Shown: positions 54,817-64,000 of the stretch, in pieces
How positions within the stretch are numbered: the stretch's first letter is position 1
Layout of the letters: each line of letters opens with the position of its first letter
NCBI GenBank assembly: GCA_051530055.1
Contig: CM121341.1
Location: 5,434,784 to 5,498,783 of the forward strand
From: Neoechinorhynchus agilis
Taxonomy: Eukaryota; Animalia; Acanthocephala
Length of the DNA stretch: 64,000 nucleotides
Direction of reading: 5' to 3'
Translations under genes and position numbers: made by a program
The notes under the pieces: model-generated
Told to the model about the DNA's origin: nothing
Seen by the model: the letters and a program-made list of their open reading frames with translations, nothing else
Database searches by the model: none

Positions 54817-55053
54817 GAATGATGCAATGAGTTTTTTTGATTTTGTGAGGATTGCGTTGTCTTACCTTTGAGATGAGTGACGAACACTACTACTGAGGTT
54901 CATGTGACTCAATAATGTCGAAACGAGAAAGTCTTGTATTTTAAGGTTCCATTCAGATTAAGACTCTTAACCGCTGTGAAAGTCAAAAAAAGAGATTGTG
55001 TTTTTTAAGGAAGGCAAACGAGCAATTCTGCCATTTATTTGAGCTGCAAAGTA

Positions 55054-56616
55054 TCAATAAGCGACGCCCTTTGCTTTAACGAACAACATATCGACTACCT
55101 TGTTCATCTGATTGATCACGCAGATCGTCTGCTTATAGAGTGAATCAGTGGCAATATCGGCTTCTTTTTCATCGGAATCGTAGATAACAAGAACACCCGA
55201 GCTCTGATCAAGAATTCCATTAAGTTTTTTGTCCAGAATCATTGTCGATAATCGGCGTTCGACCTCTGATTCACTTCGATTAATGAGCGTTGCGATATGG
55301 GCGATCTCAACACGACTATAAGGCTCGATCAGTTTCGTTAAATTCTGCTCAAAAAGAGTATCGTAAAGGTTGTTAAGTTGAACGCGGACGACCACATCTT
55401 CCTGCAATTCTTGTGGATGTTCTTTAACAGTCTACAAGACAGAGTTCAAATTGCACGATGAATGAATATAAAAGACCTGTTCGAATCTAGCAAGGCTACG
55501 TTCTTGATAGGTAGATGCGACACTTTCGATAGCGTCCAAATCAGATCCTGCGTATTTCAATGCCGTTTTTCCGCTTCTAATCGTTTTTATCTCCTTACAG
55601 CTACACTATCGATTGCAACAAAGCTCAACGACCAAATCACTAACCTATTCATCATGATTTTACATAAAATCATGTATTTTAAAGCTCGACGAGCGTTATC
55701 TTCTTGAGAGTCCAGCAAAGACGATGCCATATCGTATCCATCAAATGCCTCATAAAAATACGAGTATGCAGTTTTAAAATCGGAATCGGCTGCATGAATT
55801 ACGCCTGTTCAAAACGGAGAGAAAAAAAGTTAAATGTTGTAAATTCACCTGATTGCATGTCAAGATCCGCTTGAACTTTGGGCGGACAATAGACAGCATT
55901 TGCAGCAGTCCTGGCCGTAGTCAACGAAGCACGTGATTTTGCGAGATTTCCAAGAGCATAGTAAGATTTGCTTTCCAAAAGGTGAACATCGATAAGCAAG
56001 TGTTTATCGTCCAATCTCTTAAATTCTGACAATAGTCCAGTCCCCATCGATAAAGATTCGTCGTACATTTTATTGTCATGATACAGAGCGATAAGTCGTA
56101 CCTACGATCAAAGAATTATTGAGGCACCATTGTCTTTCCACAAAAAATCACCTCGAGAGCTTGTCTAAGAAAAGTCCGTTTCTCTTTTCGGGCCCACTCG
56201 ATGTTCTCTTTGCATAAGGAAATTTCTCGGCCAGTACCTGCGTTCATGTCCAGGAATGCATTCACAAGACATCGAACTAAGCGAGAAGCTTTCGACTTGC
56301 TTATGGACTTGAGAAATGGTCGAGTATTTTCGATCAATTGAGTGAGTCCTTAGACGAAGAAAAAATTAATTTTGTCTAAAACAAACCCAACTATACCATC
56401 AGCGTCTTTCATACGTTTCATCACATTTCCAAGTTCAATTATGGCTTGGGTCTTTATACGAACGTGTTCTTCGTCTTGAAGTTTTATTAGAGAAGATGTA
56501 GATATGTCCTCTAAGATCGGTCGGGCCTCATTGAACTTTTGTTCACCAATAAAGCGCTCAGCTTCTTTTAGAGCGAGATTGTAACGCTCGACAATCGATT
56601 GGGATGAACTGACCAT
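55054..56616 (-). CDS. PSMD11: 26S proteasome lid subunit Rpn6, 6 exons
   Basis: [75 protein letters not shown] and [13 protein letters not shown]. Confidence 0.95.
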
Positions 56617-56647
56617 ATCTGCAGAATGAAAAATATCGATACGTGAC

Positions 56648-57398
56648 GAATTATTGTTTATAAGTCTTCAGCCGCGGTAAAGAGTTTATTAGAGACGATC
56701 CTGCGAACTTCGTAGGCTCTTCATCAACATCAGTTTGTTAGTTATTAAATGACGAAACTAATAAACTCTGTGAGTTATATCAAAATGTCGATATGTGACG
56801 AGGATGTACCAGGGGAAGGGTTTAGAAGAATTATTGTTTACAAGTCTTCAGCCGCGGTAAAGAGTTTATTAGAGACGATCCTGCGAACTTCGTAGGCTCT
56901 TCATCAACATCAGTTTGTTAGTTATTAAATGACGAAACTAATAAACTCTGTGAGTTATATCAAAATGTCGATATGTGACGAGGATGTACCAGGGGAAGGG
57001 TTTAGAAGAATTATTGTTTACAAGTCTTCAGCCGCGGTAAAGAGTTTATTAGAGACGATCCTGCGAACTTCGTAGGCTCTTATCAACATCAGTTTGTTAG
57101 TTATTAAATGACGAAACTAATAAACTCTGTGAGTTATATCAAAATGTCGATATGTGACGAGGAGTACCAGGGGAAGGGTTTAGAAGAATTATTGTTTACA
57201 AGTCTTCAGGGCGGTAAAGAGTTTATTAGAGACGATCCTGCGAACTTCGTAGGCTCTTCATCAACATCAGTTTGTTAGTTATTAAATGACGAAACTAATA
57301 AACTCTGTGAGTTATATCAAAATGTCGATATGTGACGAGGAGGTACCAGGGGAAGGGTTTAGAAGAATTATTGTTTACAAGTCTTCAGGAGCGGTAAA
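56648..57398. repeat. 180-bp tandem satellite (~4.2 units) starting ~30 nt upstream of the PSMD11 ATG
   Basis: Sequence at 56701 and 56881 is identical (offset 180). Confidence 0.95.
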
Positions 57399-57869
57399 CA
57401 ACGTTTTTTATTTTGACTTGTGATGAATATACTCGCCCGGTTAGAAATCACTTTATGATTTTACTTATAACTGCCGATTAATTTCGAAAGCCACAATCTT
57501 CTAAGGCCTTCATTTAATCAAGATTCTGTGCCTTCGAAATCAATCGGCAGTTTTAAAACAAACAAAATCATAATTTAATTTCTCTATGCGCCATATAAAA
57601 CATCCAGAAATCATTTTATTGTATTCGAAATTGGAAACCTCGCCTCGTCAATCATTGCGTTAAAGTGTTTGAAGATTGAACTGTTCATATTGAATGTTTT
57701 TTGACGTGAAGAAATTATTCTATTTTAAAATCCGACTGATTTCGGCGCACAAGATTGTACGCTTTTTCAATCGCAACCTAATAATTTATGAAAAACAAAG
57801 ATTAAGGGATTATCCTTAAACTCTTTATATTCGAACCTCGTCGAGTTCATTAGCATCATCAGTTTGTCA

Positions 57870-57990
57870 GTATCGAAAACTTCTATTAACAACTAACTGA
57901 TGATGATGAACCTACGGTGAGGTTCGCAGAACGTTTTTAATCGAAAAATTATTTACCGCGATCGAAGACTTGTAAACAATAATTTCGACA
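57870..57990 (-). repeat. Diverged inverted monomer of the 180-bp satellite
   Basis: TTTACCGCG..GAAGACTTGTAAACAATAATT is the reverse complement of the array start. Confidence 0.75.
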
Positions 57991-58451
57991 ATGAAAAAGT
58001 TTCATTTTGGCGCAACGACCTCTTAGTGCCAAAAAAACAGCTTTATAACCTTCACTTTTATCTCAAAACACTTAAACAACCTGAAGTCCCTCGAAATATT
58101 GAGAACTCAATAAAAAAAGGTCTCTATTTTTATAATCGCCAAAGAACATTGTTTCAAAACTGTCGTGATCATAAATATTTAGAACTACAAATCCAATTGT
58201 TCATATTCCGCATCAATAATAACGTCATTCTTTTAAAAATGAACCTAAAGGAAACAAATCGAAGCCAAATAATAGATATTAATCTCTGAGATGAGTAGAT
58301 CGCGTCATTTCAATCAGCAATTTAAGTGTCAAAATGAGAAAGTTCATTTCACGATCGCCTGTTCGTTTTAGCGGTACAACCACGAAAGAAACGTAAATAA
58401 AAGACTACGATTGTCGACGTCACCATTTCCTAAAATTTTGGTTTAATTTGA

Positions 58452-58530
58452 CAACGAGGCAATACTGTTAGTGTGATAGCGACAGCCTAGGAAGGAGAGA
58501 AGTTCCGATTTTGTAGACGATGGTGATTGC
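58452..58530 (+). mobile_element. Short 3'-terminal fragment of the CRE element, facing the larger copy
   Basis: CAACGAGGCAAT..GTGTGATAGCGACAGCC..GAAGGAGA.AAG..GATTTTG..GACG matches 6243-6316. Confidence 0.7.
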
Positions 58531-58590
58531 ACGTTTTGTACTTAACCTCATTGTAAATTTGAACGAATTTCAAAAACAAAATATAGTTTA

Positions 58591-58685
58591 TTTATTTGCC
58601 TAGCTTTTGCCGTTTTACGGCTTCAACTGGGCAATTGTTTTCGGACCAGTTGAAGCCGTAAAACAGCGAAAGCTAGGCAAATAAA
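58591..58685. repeat. 95-bp hairpin (40-bp arms with 2 mismatches, 15-nt loop); MITE-like
   Basis: TTTATTTGCCTAGCTTTTGCCGTTTTACGGCTTCAACTGG / CCAGTTGAAGCCGTAAAACAGCGAAAGCTAGGCAAATAAA. Confidence 0.85.
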
Positions 58686-58715
58686 GATCGAATATTTATT
58701 TAATGGGTGCAATCA

Positions 58716-60390
58716 CTACCGTCCGCAAAATCTTAGCTTTTCTCCTTCCTCGGCTGTCGCTATCACGTTAGCAGCATTGCCTCGTTGTACTGCAAGCGAT
58801 ATATTTTGTCGAAGGAATACACCAGCTCGCGCGTCGCCGGTCGTTTCTCCCAATTTCTTCGAGAGATCCTGGAGCAGAGTGAGTGCCGAGCTGCCAAGCG
58901 CTCCATACGTCATAACTCCGAAGGGCACAAAATAGTGGGCCCTTGCTAATTCTCTATATTTTCGTACCTTCCTCCTTCCGCTGCACTGACTGCAACTCCA
59001 GCGATTTCGAGAAAGTAGGGAATGTTGCTTACTGCGATGGTGTCCCGGAGAAGGCATTTGCCCTCCCGCCACGAAAAGACCGAAATTCCGTCAGGTCGAC
59101 GAGTGTCTAGTCGACAAGGATGGGCGGCTTCCAAGATGTTGCGGAAGTTCGCCGTTCTCAACGCCCGAGAAATTGATCTCAGAATGGCGTGAGAACCTTC
59201 CTCCTGACTTTTGGCAAACTAGACCGTGCCGACCGAAAGCACCAACCAAAGACTCACATCGACAGCGATAAGTCCTAAGGACATTGCGATCCTCGTTACC
59301 TCATCAATGAGAAGAGTTCCCACAGATGCCAGAGGAACAGCCTCAAACCACGCCCCCGATTCTCGTGTCGAAACTGCGAACAATCTTGCTCGGACGACCC
59401 CATCGCGAGAACCTGAAAGTAGAGAGCTGTGAACTCTCGCAACGAGAGTTCTGTCCCAGACCGACTGTCTGAGGCCATTCACGGGAACATGGTTTGCGCC
59501 TGTCTGCTGGCACCATTCCTCAACCGCCACCACAAAGTCTTGGTCAAGACAAAGCTTTCCCCTCAGAATTATCTTCGCTATCGGTTGATTCCCCTCATAC
59601 GATCTACGAAAGGCCGGCAAAGCAAGGTCTACTAGCGCCCGAATGCCCAATCCCCCAGATGACACAGGCAAGGAAGCTTGTCGCCACGCTTCATCTGAGA
59701 AATCGACATCTAAAATACGCCCGATAAAAGTCCTCACATTGTCGTCGAGCTTAGCCAATCCTTCCTTATGTTTGAGGAATGTTGCTAGGAGTGCGTTCTT
59801 TATCAGAAATAACGATTCGTGAGCCGAGAGAGCGCTCACCCTATCGCACAGCAACGAATGTTTCGGTATGATACGGCCGATCTCAGCTTTCACATTTGAA
59901 TCAAAGACGCAACTACCCAGGAGGCTGAGTTGCTATGGAGTCACGAGTTTAAGACCTGGAGCTACGACCTCGAGTCCATCCATTAGCACCTTGACTTTGG
60001 CGGCGTCTTCGATATTTAATACTTGGAGCCCACACTTTCCAGCATTGAGCTCAATGCCCATTCTCGAAGTCTCCCTAATCAGCGTCTCACAATCGCGCAG
60101 TGCAACTGAAGGATCACCTCCGAGCGTCATTCAAGTACCAAGCGCCCAAGCTGGAATGGAGAGAAGTCGGTATTGGATTTACTGTTAGGGAGAATGCGAT
60201 TGGACCAAGAAAATCTTGCTGCACTCCTCTTTCGGACCAAATGAGATGGTCTGTCGCAGTCCCGTAGGCATTGATAAAATGCTGGAAGGCTTCTGGTGCG
60301 TGATCCCTAATTGCGCAAAACATAATTTCTCTATTGAGAGAGTTAAAGGCATCCTGAAAATCACACTTAAGAATCACGCACGGCACGTTC
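58716..60390 (-). mobile_element. Decayed CRE-clade non-LTR retrotransposon with restriction-like endonuclease domain
   Basis: LKCDFQDAFNSLNR, RPDGISVFSWREGK and HYFVPFGVMTYGALG..FLRQNISLAVQRGNAA. Confidence 0.85.
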
Positions 60391-61099
60391 AGTCAGGAAT
60401 CGCTTTGAAAAACGGCAACGAAACCCTTCCTTCGTGCGTCCCTTACGAAGCTCGCGAAATTTCATTTCGAAATTGTGAAATATCTGTTCGAAGGAGGCCA
60501 CCCTTTCCTTGATTGTTGATGTCAAAGGTATTCCAGAAGATTGTATTTGTCAAATTGAATTAAAATTAAGACATGCGCCTGGAAAATCAAGCAGCGATTC
60601 ACGCTATTACTAAACCAAAATGACACATCGCTTTTCTGGTTTTCAAGTTTTGTTTTCCAAGATGTACACTTGGGAAAATCTTTACTTCCGAGAGCTTTCG
60701 CAGTATTACGGCTCCCTTAAGAATCTTCAAAGAAGCGTGGAGATTTAATGTTTGTATTAAATCTAAGATGAAAATGCGTGCCGCATGTTGGGAATTTCTG
60801 TGGCTTTGTCGAACTGGTGATTCCAGAACTCTCCGTTGCATTCCCCTTCGAAATACCTGAGATAAAATTGATGCTTTGGCATAGATAGTTCCCCCTGTGT
60901 CCTTGGCCAAAAACCAAACTCGCCTTGAGAAAGCCTTAAAGAATTCGCATTGTTGCGATCCTTTGTCTTTTCAATTTAATAAGTGTCTTTTTTTCAGAGC
61001 GAAATCTCAGAAATATTGGAACCATCAGATGAACACCAGTTTAGAGGATCGGCATCTTGTGACGATTCCTCACTTAATCTACCACCCGCAAAACGTATC

Positions 61100-61745
61100 C
61101 CTTAATATGGGAATATCCAATCAATGGATGTCCGTTCGGGAGGTAATATCTGGTCGGAAGGACGTCCGTTCGGGTGGGACTATTCAACCGGGGACGGTTC
61201 CGAGAAGATTGGGCAGCATGGAAAAAGGAGCGTAGGTATAGGGAGGTGCTAAGTCGAGGGAGGATGAAACGAATTGGGATTATGAGTGTTGTGCTCGTTT
61301 GAAAAGGGATGGTAGGGTTGAGAGGCGTTTTGATTGTTTTATGAAATAGCATCAAGGCACTCGGTGAGAGGGGGAAGTCAGCTGTGACAATTTTAGATGC
61401 TCTTTAATGAAGCATTTCAAGACGGCGGATTAGTGATTTGGAAAGGTTGCAAAATACGGGATAACCGTACTTTAGGGACGGTAAAATAAAGCAGAAGTAA
61501 AATTTGTAGAGATCGGGTGAAGGGATTCCTAAATATCGGTCGCGTTTGAGGTACTTTTTAAAGGCGTTGGGCTTGAGGGAGAGGATGATGTGCGGGTTCC
61601 ATTCCAAGTTTGATTGAAATTAGATACCCAGAATTCTTAGGAGGTGATTGCGGGAGAGGAGGGATAATTTCGAAGAATTTAGAGAAATTCAGATGGAGTT
61701 TGTGATTGGTGCAGAAATCTTTGATGTGTATGATTTGAGGGGTTA
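61100..61745 (-). mobile_element. CR1/L2-like LINE 3' fragment
   Basis: EWNPHI..ILPSLKYGYPVFCNLSKSLIRRL; same family as 30680-31370. Confidence 0.75.
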
Positions 61746-61839
61746 TTGAATGATGAGGGTGAGATTGTCAGCTTTTAGCATTACATTTTAAATTTATGGA
61801 GAGTCAACTTTCGACGGAAGTATGAGTTAATTTTTTTAA

Positions 61840-62200
61840 CTAAACACTTTTTCCTTAAATGTGGAATTGCAAATTTATAAAAAAAATCTTTAAAAAATCA
61901 AATAAGACTATGAATAATCAGATTAAAAGTATTTAAATATGACAAATTTTTGAACGCGGATGTATTATTAATTTTTCCTTAAATTTGCACATACAAATTT
62001 ATAAAAAAATACTAACAAAAGACTGCTAATATTCAGACCGAGAAGTATTTAAATGTGACAACTTTTTTTGAACGCGGATGTATTATCAATTTTTCCTTAA
62101 ATCTGCACTTACAAAATTATAAAATAAATTTAAAAAATCACATAAGACTATGAATAACCTGACCAATTGTTTTTAATGTGACAAAGAAGATTTGAGGAAA
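61840..62200. repeat. Diverged ~118-bp tandem repeat (~3 units)
   Basis: GAACGCGGATGTATTAT at ~61952 and ~62070; ATAAGACTATGAATAA repeated. Confidence 0.7.
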
Positions 62201-62402
62201 ACGGTCAATGCACCGGATAAAATGCTGTTTAAAAAAATTGAAAGTAGTTTCATTCAAAAGCACATTCCTTTTTAAGCGGCAGGAATAATAGCTTAAAATT
62301 TCAAAATTTAGTAAACTTATCTGTCTCTTTTACGATTTTGATACAATTGAAAACTATTGGTTATTTGTACGAATCCGGTTGCGGTTAAAAAACATGATTT
62401 CT

Positions 62403-63441
62403 TTACTCGATACTTTCTTCAAATGGTACTGCATTCGAATAGAAATCACAGACGGCATTAATGTAAAGCTCAGCGATCCTAAGTTGGATCTTTTCTAAAA
62501 TCTCATGATCTGTTTTCGAAGCCAGTCGAACCCATCGATTTGGAATCTTCTCATCTCGTGACATAACAGTGATGAGCCCATGATCCTTTCTAAGCTTCGC
62601 TTCTATAGAAAGCCTGCTCTCCGGATCACACATAAACTTCATGTATACTCTCTTGTTCGAACTGCCAATATTGGCATGATCCAAACCGATTGGTTCATCA
62701 GTTGTAAGTTCTTCAATATCATCGGCTCCTACGTCAATCGCGACCTCTGTTGCAGTGTCCATCGAAGATTTAAGTAGGTGAAATGGAACCAAAATCATTC
62801 CCCGTGAAGCGAAAACACTGTTCGTCGTATCTGTTACCGGACGAACCATGTCGATTCTAACAGAATTTCAAAGCTTAACAAATAAATCAGCTGATACATA
62901 CAAAAATTTTCGAATGTTCATGTTCATTGTGAATGCCATTTGTTTTACTCTGAGACCGTAAATGTCCACTCCAATGTTGCACCGATTCGGACCCATCATT
63001 TCAAAATGGTATAACGTCTTTGTCTGAGTTATCAATGACTGAAAGTATGGCATTCAAATTAGAATCGTACGAAATGTTCAAGTTTCAAATGATATCATCA
63101 GAGCTTTTTAAAAAAATCAACTTGATCTACAGAGCCCAAATAATCTTTAGGGTTTCCAACACCGACCCTGTACAAACAAATATCCATACGAATTTGATTG
63201 GTTGGTATTTTAATATTGGTTTCTTTGCTATGCAAAGGTTTAGATTCGTTAAAATTCGCCTAGATTCGGTTTTTGCGAAGAATTCAGAATAATAGCTAAA
63301 GTTATCGTATGGCGGAAAAATGATTTCGGCGAAATCCTGTACAAAATTGTGGTGCCCAAAATAATCGGATTCAATAAATTGCTTCAAATTTTTCATAAAA
63401 TTATGGAAAGCCTCTTTTTTCATTCCGCCATAAAGAAACAA
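62403..63441 (-). CDS. TACO1: TACO1/YebC-family protein; 3' exons clear (62403-~62856, ~62900-63038), 5' structure unresolved
   Basis: FEMMGPNRCNIGVDI, SVFASRGMI, AIDVGADDIEE and FMCDP match the YebC/TACO1 pattern. Confidence 0.6.
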
Positions 63442-64000
63442 ATTAACAATTCAATCTTCAAACAAAAGCAATTGATTATATTTGTCGATATGTTGATTAA
63501 TTTAAAGGTTTTTGGTTTTGTTCGCCAGACACAGAACGTTCCGTCGGTTTAAAAAAAAGAGGCGGTTTAGATATTATTCGAATAAATCTGTTGACTGTGT
63601 AAGACTTGATCAAATCAGTAAACGTAATGGTGAATGGGTTTTTATTTTTGGCGATATTTTCAGAGAAGGACTAAAGATGTTAAAAAAAGATTACTAACCA
63701 TTTTAGCCGCCTCCTTTTCTTTAGAACCGACGATGAAATAGAGTGCAAAGAGAACGTAAAACAAAAAGTAATGTTAAGAAAAGATTACTTACAAAGGTCC
63801 TCACTGCAGAGTCAACGACGCTCTTTGGCACATTTCGATCGTTGGCGAATTCGGTTAGCCACTTTAGGCGGTCATTGTTTGCAGTATCTCCTTTGGAATC
63901 TAAAATAACGTTTGTCTTTAGAGTTTACCTAAATGAAACTCCGTCCTACACTCACACCTACAATGGCATACTTGATCTGATCGGTAAGTTCATCAAATAA

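Noticed and set aside
63039-63130. Stem-bounded AG-less intron in TACO1 (TCAAGTT/AACTTGA)
   Set aside because: It would require a 7-nt micro-exon; a single GT-AG intron is possible in another frame, and the 5' gene structure is unresolved.

Overview
AT-rich eukaryotic genomic DNA from a compact-genome, fast-evolving animal; the species cannot be assigned from the sequence alone. Most introns are 40-60 nt, donor consensus is weak, and acceptor-like AG motifs often sit just upstream of start codons. Recognisable genes: 3' part of an SPCA/ATP2C1 Ca/Mn pump, a secreted triple-Kunitz inhibitor, PDCD6/ALG-2, three RPB5/POLR2E copies (two form a ~4.8 kb head-to-head palindrome), an ABCC4-like transporter, HROB, a SWEET transporter, probably catalytically dead chitin-deacetylase-like and TPI-like genes, a Pmp3 proteolipid, a novel-PKC-like kinase, PSMD11 and a TACO1-like gene. 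These are interspersed with at least eight tandem-repeat families (105-619 bp units), decayed CRE-clade and CR1/L2-like non-LTR retrotransposons, a tRNA-derived SINE-like element and a possible LTR remnant. The most striking observation is a recurring class of introns in conserved genes (three in ATP2C1, one in ABCC, probably one in PDCD6, possibly one in HROB). They keep a GT donor, have no usable 3' AG, and instead end at the foot of an inverted-repeat stem; one is flanked by a perfect 7-bp target-site-like duplication. About 40 other introns that I reconstructed by hand are ordinary GT-AG. Exon structures were reconstructed by eye, and the assembly shows some single-base indels, so individual junctions need RNA confirmation.
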